Source: the human T2T-CHM13v2.0 reference genome, Homo sapiens. Taken from it: a DNA stretch of 64,000 nt. Below, one piece after another: positions 43,795 through 58,833 of the stretch. Position 1 is the first letter of the stretch. Each line of letters begins with the position of its first letter. Both the position numbers and the translations under genes were made by a program. The notes under the pieces were generated by a model. That model had not been told where the DNA came from and ran no database searches. It saw only the letters and a program-made list of their open reading frames with translations. The DNA is taken from NCBI RefSeq assembly GCF_009914755.1, contig NC_060928.1, one strand, 5' to 3'.

Positions 43795-46070
43795 CAAACC
43801 TAAATATGAAAGCCAAAATGTTAAAACTTCTAGAATAAAACACGGAAGTAAGTCTTCGTGACTTAGAGTAGGCAAAGAGTACTTAGGTCAAGCACAATAA
43901 TCATGCATCAGAAAAGAAAAACTGATAATTTGGAATTCAACAAAATTAAAACCTTCTGTTCTTGGAAGACACAGGAAATAAAATGGGAAGCTCTGGTGTA
44001 TTCGTTGGCTTGGGCTGCCATAACAAAATCCCATTGGTGAGGTGGCTTAAGTAACTTATTTCTCACAGTTTTGAAGGTTGGAAGTTTGATCAGAGTTACA
44101 GCTTGGTTGGTTTCTGGTTAGAGCTGTCTTTCTGGCTTTCAGATGGCAGCCTTCTTACTATGTCCTCAACTTAGCAGAGAGACAGCTCTGGTATCTCTTC
44201 CTCTTCTCATAAGGGCACTAATCCCATCATGAGGGCTTCACCTCCTGAGTGCATCCAAACCTAATTATCTCTCAAAGGCCCTATTTCCAAATTCTATTAC
44301 ACTGGGGGTTAGGGCTTTAACGTTTGAACTTTGAGGAACACAATTCAGTCAGTTGAGCATGAACTCTGAGAAAATATGACAGTATATAAATCTGATAAAG
44401 AAGTTGCTCTTAGAATCTATAAAGAACTCTTGTACATCAATAGCAGAAGACAAATTACTTAATAAGTGGACAAACAAAATATTTAAACAGGTACTTTACA
44501 AAGAAGATATCTGACTAATAAACATTGAAAAAATGCTAACAATTATTAGTTACTAGAAAATGCAATTCAACCACAATGAGATACCCCTACACACCCCTGG
44601 AAAGATGAACATTAAAAGATTGACCACACCAAATGCTGGTGAGCGTGTGCAGGAGCACAAAGGTACTTTTTGAGATGATGAAAATGATCTGTATTTTAAT
44701 TGGAATGATGATTACTTTAGTATATGTGAAAACAAAACTTTAAAATGGAACTAGAACTTACATGCACTGCTGATGGGAATATATTACAATCACTTTCAAA
44801 AGCAGTTTGACAGTAAAGCTAGATATACAACCACCATATTACTCACCAATCTCATTACTAGATATTCACCCAAGAGAAATAAAAATATGTCCATTCAAAG
44901 ACTTTTACATGAATGGCATAGTAGTTTCATTCATAATAGCCCCAAACTGGGAACAGCCATATGTTCAACAACAGGTGACTAGATAAATAAACTATAGTAC
45001 ATCTATGCGAAGAAGTATTATTGGCAACAAGAAAAACATTACTGATTCTTGCCACCATGTGGATGAAACTTTAAGACTGAGACCACATTTGCAAAATTAT
45101 GACTGAGACAGTGAAAGAGATCTGACCTAACCAACTCCATCTTGCTTCTAACCTCTAAGCTATTCTTGTTCATCCTTGGGTGTAGGCTAAACTTACTTTG
45201 GGAGAAACTTAGTTTATAATTTAAAACAAAGACAATAACAGCCCTTTCCCAAAGCAGACCTCCTTCTTGTCTAGGGACTAGATTGCCTTTGCAGGACTAA
45301 TACTAGCCACAAGGTTAGAAATTATGGTTTAAGAGTCAGGCAGCTGGAGGCTACAAGATTCTGACCCTCCCTAAACTGCTCCTAAGATCAGTGACTGAAA
45401 TATTTTGCAGACTCTGCACTTAATGGATCAGTTGGCACCACCCAGATTGATTAACTGGCTCATCTAATCTTGTGGCCCCCACCCAGGAACTGACTCAGCA
45501 CAAGAAGACAGCTTCAACTCCCTATGATTTAATCTCTGACCAATCAGCACTCCTGGATCACTGGCTCTCTCCCACCCACCAAATTGTCCTTAAAAACTCT
45601 GCTCCCCGAATACTCAGAGACTGATTTCAGTAATAATGAAACTCTGGTCTCCTGCACAGCCGCCTCTGCGTGAATTATTCTTTCTCTATTGGAATTCCCT
45701 TGTCTTCATAAATTGGTTCTGTCTAGGCAGCGGGCAAGGTGAACCCATTGAGCAGTTACAATACATTATATTCAACAAATGAAGCCAGACACAGAAAGAT
45801 ACATACTTCATGATTTCAATATACGAAATTGTAAAAAAAAAAAAAAGGCAAAATTAGACAATGGTGACAGAACATACATCATTTGTTTTCTGAGACCATC
45901 TGTGAAGTGGGGTATTGATTGTAAAAGAGCACAAAAGTACTTTTTGGGTGATAAAAATGACCTGTATTTTTATTGGAATGAAGATTACATTAGTATAGGT
46001 GAAAACAAAACTATTAAAATGGTTACATTTTATTTTATGTAAATTATTACTTAATAAAGTTGATTGGAAA
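43795..46070 (+). mobile_element. Old L1M(D/E) ORF2 end and 3' UTR, interrupted by MLT1A (about 43997-44350) and LTR8
   Basis: 'aaatgcaattcaaccacaatgagataccc', 'cattcataatagccccaaactgggaacagcc' and 'aattattacttaataaagttgatt'. Confidence 0.8.
45078..45760 (+). mobile_element. LTR8 (ERV1) solo LTR
   Basis: 'tgagaccacatttgcaaaattatgactgagacagtgaaagagatc' to 'gcgggcaaggtgaacccattgagcagttaca'. 4-bp TSD agac/atac. Confidence 0.9.
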
Positions 46071-48990
46071 GAAATATAGGGAATTTTGAAACCGATTGAA
46101 ACTCAGACTTTAGTGGAGGTGCACTAATTTCCTGGTACTAGTCTCACCAAGGTGGCAGGGTGAGGCTGGTTCTACCTGTTGGAAAAAAAACCCGAACTGC
46201 ATTCAGCTGCTGTTCTAGGAAAGAACTGCTGGGAAAGAAGCTTTTTTAAGGTGCTGTTCACCTAGGAATGGAGAAGAGACAGGATGTCAACAGGAAGCAA
46301 ACAAAAATGAGCAATTCCTTTCCTCCTCTTCAGGCCTTGTATTCTCCCTCTAGTGTGCCCCAGAGCAGAAGTGGGTTGCGTAGTCTTGATTCCAGCGTCA
46401 TGTAGTGACTATAGCATCACAGGTTTGGAGGTGAGAAACAATGGCTTAATAGCTGGCACCCCTAATATGCGCCAAACAGTGTACTAAGCCTTGCAGGTTG
46501 GACAAAGATGGAGAGGCTAGTGTTTGCCTTCAAGGAGCTTACAGCATCACAGGGCAGATAAATCTCTGTGTCAATAGCTGTAACCAAAGTTACAGTGAGA
46601 TATTGCTATTCTGGGATTGTGGAAACAAAGTGCTGTGGGTGTCCAGAAGGATCATGAGTCATTTTCAGATGGGGATTTGGAGAGAGTTCTTTAGGACAAG
46701 TGGTGTGTCAACTGGGGTGGGAAAGTTGGATAAAATTATGACTGTTAGAAGTCAGGTGACAGTGGAGTTGATGGTGAGGATGGTAATGGGTATAGCAGGA
46801 AGAGCATTCTACCCTGGCTGGTAAAGTTCATGTTATTTAATTCGAACTTAGGATATTAGAAGAGCAGCCCAGAGGAATTGAGATGAGTTGAGGCCAGATC
46901 ATGGGGAGTCAGTCATAAATACCATGCTGAGAAATTTAGGCTTTTTTTGTACAGGCAGTGGTGTGAAGTCAAAGCCTTCTAACTTGAACCATAAAAATTA
47001 TTGTTTTATCATTTAAACTAGTGATTTTAAAACCTGAGTGTTTATCAAGCTCAGTTGGGGCAACTTCTGGAACTTTCATACACTCAGGTACTATTCCAGA
47101 CTTTCCTGAATCAGATTGATAATCAGCTCAAACTCCATTTTTCTCACGGAGTACTTTCTTGATCACTGTACTGAAAGTGGCTCCCCAGTTATTCTATATC
47201 ACATTTTATTATTTTATTTGCATAGCATCACTTAATCGTCATTTGTACTGATCTTGTTTACTTATTTGATGACTTGTTTTTGTTTGTTTCTCCCAAGTAA
47301 AACACACGTTCCGTGTAGGGAGGGACATGGTTGTCTTCCTCACTGCTGAAACCATGGTGCCTGCAGTGGTGCTGGACACATGACAGACCATCAGAATAAT
47401 ATTTTTGGTGAGTAGATGAAAAGTGCAGGTTGTATTTTAAGAAAATCTGTTTTAAAAATGCTCATCAGTCTATTTCTGCTTTATTTTTGAACCACCGATT
47501 TAAATAACCCCAAATCTGTTCCAATTTAGATGACAATAAGATATAGCGGTAGTCACTCTAGGAAATTAACTATACTTTCAGGGTTCCTGGGGCTTTCTAA
47601 ACCTTAGAATATCAGGCTGGCAGGGGGAAGATAAATGTTAATTGAATTAAATTAAATTATTTTAAGTTCATCCAAGTGAGCGTGAAAACTTCTTGAGCAA
47701 AGAAGCCATGTTTCTCTGCTTAAATGTCTTTAATTCTCCAGGTGACTTCTTATTCTTCTTTCAAGAGTCCTTGGAAAGGTCTTCTCTTTTGGGAAAGCTT
47801 CTGTGACCCTCAAAGTAAATGGATGTTCTTTCCCTTGCATTTCCATAAAAGTAATACCTAGCACTTATTAAACATTTATTATGGGCCAGACCTGCACTGT
47901 CTAAACTCCAACGTAGGTATTATTGCTTTTAATCTTTACAGTAATCTTATGAAGTTGTTCCCATTATTCCTATTGTATCAAGGAGGTAGCTGAATATAAG
48001 TAAATTACTTTATTGATAATAAGGGCGCAAGGCATCAATTCAGTCCCTCTGACTCTGGAATTTTGCACTGACTTATCAAATTTGGCTGATTTTCCACTAA
48101 GCTCTATTCATATCTTCATTAGAGAACCTTACTATATGCTTGTTATTTGTATAACAACCTGTCTTCTTTGGGTTTGTTTTATAAAGTATTATTCAATTTT
48201 CCAACCACAGTATCTAGCCCAGGGTTTGGGCACAGTAGTTCTTCCATAAAGGTTTTCTGAGTGGATGAATATGGTTGCTTCTATAGTGCTTGGATTGTAG
48301 GAAGGAAATTATATAGTGGTTCCAACCTAGTAGACTCAAAGAACAGGGGAGTATATAGCACTCAGTGTTCATCCAGGAAAATGGAAAACATTAAATATTT
48401 AAAACAGAGGCAATTTAATGCGGAGGGTTGGTTGTGTGAGTTTTAAAGGAGGAGCTGGGAAGTCAAAGAATGATGTAGCAACCTCACAATTAGCAATGGC
48501 TGGAAGCCGTCACTGCCTTAGGCAGAAGGGACACATGGAGGAGGTGCAGGTGGAAACAATGCCAGGCCTGTGCTGAGGGGACTTGAGGATCTGAGGAGTT
48601 TCACTGGCTACTGGAGATTCAGCCTAAGGCAGAGTGGGAAAGTGAGGCCTGTCCTACTTCTCTTTCTTCCTGTCTTATAATCTTTTTCCACTACCTTTCA
48701 CTGGCTTTCCATGGGCACCTGGGAAACTGAGCCTGCAGGAGTCAAGGCCCCTCTAACACAAAGCAGAGCAGGTAGAAGGTGAGAAAGATCTCAGGGCAAG
48801 CAGATCCAGCCCTGGCACAGAGTAGAGGGCTTTGGCATCAGCAGAATGTGGGTTGAAATTTGTAGTAGGCTGCAAAATAGCCTCTCATGAGGTAAAGGCT
48901 CTCTCTACTGTGAGCTTAAATCTGGGCTGGTTTGGGGACTGGGTTTGGCTAATGGGAGAGTAGCAAATGTCATGCAAGCAGACCATTAAG

Positions 48991-50240
48991 GGGCTTGGGC
49001 TGTAATCCTGAAAGACCTAATCCCGAATGCCATAACATCAAAAATAAAATTCTGGGAAACAATTTAGAAATTATTTAAAAGACATTTATTTTCATTTATA
49101 AAAGGGGACTTACTTGAGAAACATAAGAAAACATGACAGAACACTTCATAGGCCACTTTAAATGATAAAACAGGTAATAATAACCTACATATTTTTGTAA
49201 GCATAAAGACTCAGGTACACTGACAGTGCCAGGAGTATAACAGTTATGGGTAGATGAACCATAGTCATAAAGGAATAGCTTATATAACTGTGGTCATCTG
49301 AAATACCATGATGAACGACCTGTCTTTTGTTGAGATCAAAAAGAGCTGAAGAAAAGTCTGTCCCAGCGCTCAGAGGGAGATGGATTTTCTTTCTGTGTGT
49401 GTTCTCTCTGGGCCCCTGGTCAATTGGATGTTGCCCACTGATATGGTTTGGCTGTGTCCCCACCCAAATCTCATCTTTAATTGTAGCTCCTATAATTCCC
49501 ATGTGTTGTGGGAAGGACCTGGAGGGAGATAATTGAATCATGGTGGCGGTTTTCCCCATACTGTTCTCATGGTAGTGAATAAGTCTCATGAGATCTGACG
49601 GTTTTACAAGGGGAAACCCCTTTCATTTGGTTCTCATTCTTTCTTTTTGCCTGTTTCCATGGAAGACATGACTTTGCTCCTCCTTTGCCTTCTGTCTTGA
49701 TTGTGAGGCATCCCCAGCCATATAGAACTGTGAGTCAATTGAACCTCTTTTTCTTCATAAATTACCCAGTCTTGGGTATGTCTTTATTAGTAGCATGAGA
49801 ACAGATTAATACACCCACCAATATTGAGGGCAGATTTTCTCCCGTAGTCCACTTAGACTCACACAGTTATCTCTTCTGGAAACACTCTGCAGACACACCT
49901 CAAATAAGGCTTGACCAGGTTTCTAGGTATTTCTTAATCCAGTCAAGTTGACATTTAGAATTAAGTTCACAAGTCTACCCCTTATCAACTTGGCACATAT
50001 ATGTATCTCCTTAACTTTACTAAATTCCCAATAAGATAACAACAAGGTAATAGTTCCACCTAACATGATGAAGGTAACATGATGCAACTATCACATATAC
50101 AATAAAAAATGCACTACTTGTGATTTTCAGAATTTTAAGATGCTAGATATTTCAGACTTTAGGGATTTAAATTTTAGGGACTTTGATCATTTGGGATTTC
50201 AACATTTGGGATTGTGTCTTTTGAGATTATGATTAGTACG
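48991..50240. mobile_element. Ricksha (MuDR/MULE non-autonomous) element carrying an MLT2/ERVL piece, nested in an MLT1
   Basis: Inverted termini 'gggcttgggctgtaatcctgaaagacctaatcccgaatgcc' and 'gggatttcaacatttgggattgtgtcttttgagattatga'. Internal antisense MLT2 'ttaatccagtcaagttgacat'. Confidence 0.8.
49439..49813 (+). mobile_element. THE1 solo LTR nested in Ricksha
   Basis: 'tgatatggtttggctgtgtccccacccaaatctcatc' to 'gaacagattaataca', with a perfect TSD cccac. Confidence 0.95.
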
Positions 50241-52773
50241 GAGGATCAAAAAGTGTGAGCACATTGAGACTTGCCCTCTCTAGCTGTGAGTGGAACCCTG
50301 CAACTACCATATGAATGAGTCCAAGCTAGGTTTCTGCAAAATGGGAAGCCACGTGGATGAGAATCCAGGTATCCCAACTAGCCAATAGCTGACTGCGGGC
50401 ACATGGGTGAGGCCCAGGTGAGATCAATTGAGTCCAGACCAAATTGCTGACCTAAGGATTTGTGAGTTAAATAAATGGTTACTTTCTTAAACCACTACAT
50501 TTTGGAGTAGCTTGTTATGCAGCAAAGCTAACTGATAGATAATCCCAGCTCTGCTACTTACTAGCTATATGACTTTGTGCAAACTATATAATCTCTAAAG
50601 GTCACTTTCCTTCTTTGTAACATGGGAATAATAGTAATCCTGGCACCACAGGACACTTGGGGAGATTCAATGAAATAATGCTCGTGAAATAGAGCCACAG
50701 TGCTGGACACATGATGAGTGCTCAATAACTGTAGCCAGGACAATGATGATTTTAGGCTTTTTCAGCCTATCTGCTCTAGTTGTTGACCCTCCCTATGTGA
50801 AAAAAAAATAAGGAGGTTATTACTTAACAGGATAGGAATTGACACAAATGTCTTATTAAGAAGCTGTCTTAATTTTCCTACTGGCAGGAGGCAAATGAAG
50901 AGGGAAGATTTTTTGTTAATTAGAATTTAAAAAATACACAATTGTCTCATCAGAATAAGTCTATATGTAACTCTAAAGCTAAATCTCTGAAACAGAGAGG
51001 ACATTCACTAAGGTGTGGCTTGAATGACAATTGTGATTCACATGGATTGTACATTTGTATTAGAGATGCTGTGGATAATATTATGTCAAAAAGTGCAGGA
51101 TTCTAAATTGCTGAAACTCATCAGTTCACAGAAAACCGACATGCACTGCCATATTCCAGATGCTTGATTGTGGTTCTTTAATATAACGAGTTGCCAGTTC
51201 CTCTCTCTAGAGAACGATTGACAGATTGTAATGCAATCTGTTGATGTTCTTTGATGGTGATTCTCAGTCATTGCCACCACTACTAAGGAGCTTGGGAGTC
51301 TGACCACGGAGCTTTGCTCTGGGAACTGTGTGTCAGTGTTGGGTGTTGCGGCAATTCCAATTGATATTAAAAAAGATAAACTATCAGCTAAAGAGTGGGA
51401 TTTGAGGATCTTCAAAAAATAAGCAGAAACTGGCTAAGTATATTACACACAGAAGCCAACAATTAAATTACTGTGTGTGTTTTATGCAACAAGATGTCTT
51501 CACAGGAGACAAAGAAAAGCTGATAAAAATGAATTATAGAATGAATTATAGGAGGATTAAAAGACTGTAAAATCTAGATCTTGTTGAAGCTTGTATCTTT
51601 AAATCTTTGGGCAGGGGTGACGCTGGGAAAAGTCTTGGTGTGGCTAAGAAGGTAAGCCTCCCCCTGGGAGGAGTAAGCTCACAGGTCGCAATGCTATTGA
51701 TCTTTGGTTATTATACATAATGTTGCTTTCAGTTGATATTTAAATATTATTTTATTTAATCAAATTATAAAAAAAGTACATGTTCATAGGTGGTAGTATG
51801 GTACAGTAGTTAGTTGTAGAATCAGCCTGCCTGTGCTCAAATCCTTCATAGCTATGGGATTTGGGGAAAGATATTTCACCTCTCTTAGTCTTGTGTATAT
51901 TATAGGAAAAATGGTGGGACTTGCCTCATCTGCTCGTTTTGAAGATAAAATGAAATAAAGCTTGGAGACTGCTTAGAACAGTGCCTGGAAAATAGAAAGC
52001 ACTCTACAAATATTAGCTATTAGAGAAAACTTGGAAACAACAGCAAGGATAATAAAAAAATCACCTATCACCCAGAAAGCAATTACCATTAATATTTTGA
52101 TGTATTTCTTTTTGGAGTTCATGCCTTCTTAAAAGGATGTAGGTGAACTCAGAGAAACTCTGAAGAGACTGGAATCTCTATTACTTAGAAGAATTTCTTT
52201 AGGGAGAAAATGGAAAATAAAATCAGTTCAAATGAAAACAATTTATATACTCTAGCAGGCGGAGATTTAATAGAATGCAAATTCAGAAGATGCATTGGGA
52301 TTGAAGGATCATTTTTATAAGATGTTTTTGAACATCTACAACATGCAAATTTGGAAAGTTCTATTATAAACAGCGTGGGTGACGGTATGGGGAAAAGGAT
52401 TAATTTTAACACTGTTTTTGGAGTGAAAATTGGTGTAGCCCTTTGAAAGGGCTGTTTGGCAATGCCATTTTTAAATGTAAGATTTTAATGTACATGCTAT
52501 ACCCTTAGACTTAGCAATATCATGCTTGAATCTTTTCAAAACAGGGCAAACCCAAGAATTGGCCATTGTTAGCAATAGTAAAAGATTAGAAACAACCTAA
52601 ATGGCTGTTTAAAAAAAGGGGTAATTATGACAAATGATGGCATTTCCATAATATGGAATACTGTGCAGGCATTAGAATTAGTGAAGTAGGTCTACCTAAA
52701 TGGCTTCGTAAGAATACCTGCACCATAACACTTTAAGGGGCAAAGGCCAGTTGCAGAATAATACAGATATTAC

Positions 52774-53148
52774 TGTATTACTCCATTCTCATGCTTCTAT
52801 AAGGACATACCTGAGGCTGGTAATTTATAAAGGAAAGAGGTTTAATTGACTCACAGTTCCACATGGCTGGGGAGGCCTCAGGAAACTTAACAAAATCATG
52901 GCAGAAGGGGAAGCAAACATATTCTTCTTTACATGGTGGCAGGAGAGAGAAGTGCCAGCACTGGAAATGGCAGAGGCTTATAAAACCATCAGATCTTGTG
53001 AGAACTCACTCACTATCATGAGAACAACATGGAGAAAACCACCCCTATGATCCAATCACTTCCCACTTGGTCCCTCCCATGACACATGGGGATTATGGGA
53101 ACTACAATTGAAATGAGATTTGGGCGGGAACCCAGCTAAACCATACCA
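52774..53148 (-). mobile_element. THE1/MST-type solo LTR inside an old L1ME 3' end
   Basis: 'tgtattactccattctcatgcttctataaggacatacctgag' to 'cagctaaaccatacca'. Confidence 0.9.
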
Positions 53149-53651
53149 ACTACAATAGCATTGATGTTAAAAATAAAAACAAGTCGTACATTTCTATGTA
53201 TACACAAGGTGAAATTGAACAGAAAAAACGCTGAAATGATACACATCAGACTAAGTGCTTAACTCCAGGTCAGGGAGGGGAAGAGGTGGGGAATTGGGAC
53301 TCAAAAAGGGCTTCACCTTGTTTATATTATTTGCATTATTTACAGGGAGAGGGCAGTTATGTATTTTTTGAATCATTATTAACTGAACAGATTAAAAGTT
53401 TACAAAAACCTGAGTGTAAATTTATAAAAATATTTTTATGGAAAATGACACTTCTGATTATGTTAAGACATATTTTCACAAAAGTCTCTAATTTTGCAAA
53501 AGGCTGGGGAAAACCATATTTAGTACATTTGGCAAGTCATTTATAAATAAACAGAAAAATACTCAAATATAAGATAGTTTTTATAGTTCTGATTCAGAAC
53601 TTCTCCTCTATCTCCATTAAGAAGTTTTTAAAAAAAAGAATTAGAATTTCT

Positions 53652-55987
<2,336 letters not shown>

Positions 55988-56196
55988 TAGAATTTCTGAC
56001 AAGGGGAAGATTTTCAAGCTTTCAGTAAGAGTTGTTACAAAACATTTTTGTTACAAAAAATGTTCAGTAAGGTGGAGCATTTTTTGAGTTATTTTTTGAG
56101 ATATTAGTGTAAGGATTATGGGTGCTTTGCAACAAGGCTCTTGGCTTCCTCCTCTACTTTGCCAGTTTCTTTCAAGAATTCTCAGGAATCCACTAG

Positions 56197-56330
56197 ACTA
56201 GTGGTTCTCAAAATATGGTCCCAGCGACCAGCACCTACATTACCTGGACCCATGTTAGAAATACAAATTCTCAGCTGCACTTCAGCTCTTCGGGTGGGGT
56301 AGTTGCTCACTAATGTTTGAGAACCATTGT
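56197..56330. mobile_element. MER5A-type hAT MITE, internally deleted
   Basis: Inverted termini 'tagtggttctcaaa' and 'tttgagaaccattg'; internal 'tgttagaaatacaaattctcag'. Confidence 0.8.
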
Positions 56331-56529
56331 CTTAGACAGTAAATACTTCGAAGTCAGGGGCCATTGAATTGCCAGATGCTCACTCAAGCCCTAGGATGCT
56401 ATATTTATTCAATGAATGAGCAAGTTTTGGAGATGGAGAAAGTGTGGGTATAGCAGAGAGGTGTTTGTAGGCTACAGAGGTCAATGTGATAAATAACTAA
56501 CCTTGGAGGTACTGAGTTAGCACCCATCA

Positions 56530-56616
56530 TACTGGAAAATTAAATAAAAAGTAGGGCAAGATCTCTATTTTCTGAGAATAGAGATCTTGCCCTACTTTTT
56601 GTTTAATATTCCAGTA
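56530..56616. repeat. Near-perfect palindrome with 40-bp arms and a 7-nt spacer
   Basis: 56530-56569 matches the reverse complement of 56577-56616 at 38 of 40 positions. Confidence 0.97.
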
Positions 56617-57350
56617 GAACTGTATATTCTTCCTGGAAGGAAAAAACAAATATATGTGGAATATTCAGAGGCTAATAGAAGTGCCGATTTTCTCATTTCT
56701 TAGGTTGAGTTTAGAAACAGGAGAATTTTCTGATGGGTTGAATCTGAATTGGTCTTTCTTTGACCTATTTACTAAATTGTAGACTATTATATATTGCACC
56801 TAGGAAACTAGTAATGGTTAAATAAAATAAGCATGCTCTTTTAAAATACCAATCTGACGATGCCATTCTCTTGCTCCAAGTTTTTTTTTAAACTATATGC
56901 CCACTTTCACAGTGATTTTGCACATTAGCCTTTAAAAATACAAACCTTCATTCAATTATTCACTTATTCATTCATTTTTCACAAATATATATCGAGCATT
57001 TCCCATGTGCCAGGCAAATAATATTTTTTCCAAATGTGAGTGATAGTCCTCAAAGTGCTGAATTTAAAAAATGTAAATGATATGTAATAAAATCCTTCTT
57101 TGCCTCAAGTGAAATCGCTCACTCATATAATCAGTCCCATTATGTAGTGAAGATTTGGTGATTATTTAATAAATTTCAATCACAAGGTCAAATGGGAAAG
57201 CTGATGCTGCAGAGTTGGTTCCCTGGATCAAAAGACCTGATTTTGTTATCTGCAAAGATCAAATAAATGGAGAATTTCCAGATATCTACTTTATTTTGTG
57301 TTTGGTGGATACAGACAGAGATGAGCAATAAAGCTGAATTTTAAAAGATA

Positions 57351-57607
57351 AGAAAACCAAACGCCGCATGTCCTCACTCATAAGTGGGAGTGGAACAATG
57401 AGAACACATGGTCACAGGGAGGGGAACATCACACACCGGGGCCTGTCCGGGGCTGGGGGGCTGGGGGAGGGATAGCATTAGGAGAAATACCTAATGTAAA
57501 TCATGAGTTGATGGATGCAGCAACATCAACACGGCACATGTATGCATATGTAACAAACCTGCACATTGTGCACATGTACCCCCAAAATTAAAGTATAATT
57601 AAAAAAA
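57351..57607 (+). mobile_element. L1PA6/7-type 3' end
   Basis: 'gaaaaccaaacgccgcatgtcctcactcataagtgggag...ggagaaatacctaatgtaaat...aaagtataatt' followed by an A tail. Confidence 0.9.
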
Positions 57608-58480
57608 TATAATTTCAAAGATGGAATAACACTTAGGGGAATAAACTTTATGTTATATGAAGAGCATTGATTACATTAGGTCAGAGGGAGCTGGGTTGAT
57701 AGACAGGAAGACCAGTGATCTAAGACTCTGGAATAATCAAGGGGCGTGCTAGCAAGTGGTACAGAGGACACTTGGGTATTAAAGTCTAACCATTAGGAAA
57801 AAGGCCTCCATCATAAAATGTCTTTTGTTTGCTGCTGAAACCTTCAGATTCAGGTACAATGGGATGAATAGATCAAAGTGAGTTTTCTGTGATCTCAGAT
57901 TTGGCACTTTTATTTGTGACCCAGAGTTAGTGGCTGGTAAACCTGGCTTTGGAGTTTACCAGGAATGGAGAATTCAAGATTGTTTTTAGGTGGCAAGATG
58001 GGTCAGAAATCATAAATTGCTCACAGTTCTGGTCCGTGATCTCCTCCAGCACAGGGTCTGTGTCCAGCTCACCTTTGTATTCTGGGGGCACCCAGAACCA
58101 GCTTAGTGAAGATCACTAAAATTCATTGGATTGACTGAATCTCTTGTTTCTTTATCACTCTTCAGATAAAGTCCCCTCCTGAAAGAACTCTTCCCAAAGC
58201 TGGAAAGACCAAGAATACCCAAGAAAAAAACACTTGTTTCTGAAGATATATTTTCACCTTAGAATGTCATCTTTATAATTTTAATAGCAAATATCTGACC
58301 ATCAGTGCAATGAATTTTAAAGACTTTTAAAGAGTTTAAAAAAATGTAGCAGCTTCTTGCAAAATACACACTGATTTATTTACTTTAATATTTATTAAAG
58401 TCACCAAAAGTAATTTTTAAAACTTTTTAAAAAAGTGGTAAAAAATATTCTGACTAGTTTATTTAAATTCCTCCCTTTGC

Positions 58481-58833
58481 TATCTTAGTGTGTTTGGGCT
58501 GCTATAACAAAATCCGTGAACTGGGTAGCTTATGAACAACAGAACTTTATTTCTCACAGTTCTGGAATCCAAAATCAAAGTACCAGCAGATTTGGTGTCT
58601 GGTAAGGGCTTGCTTTCTGACTCATAGATGGAGCACTCTAGCTGTGTCTTCGCATGATGAAAGAAACAAGGCAGCTCTGTAGGACAGCTTTTTAAAGGGC
58701 TCTAAATCTCATTTATGAAGGTTCCACCATTGTGACCTAGTCACCTTCCAAAGACTCCACTTCCCAACATCAACACATTGATGACTACAACGACTACAAA
58801 TTTTGGAAGAACACAAACATTCTGACCATAGCA
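58481..58833 (-). mobile_element. MSTD/MLT1A-type LTR
   Basis: 'cttagtgtgtttgggctgctataacaaaat' to 'cacaaacattctgaccatagca'. Confidence 0.85.

Noticed and set aside
51086-51415. 109-aa minus-strand ORF, and a 13-nt match 'gattgacagattg' reminiscent of 18S rRNA
   Set aside because: The ORF has a non-ATG start and no recognisable homology. The rRNA-like match is too short and does not extend.
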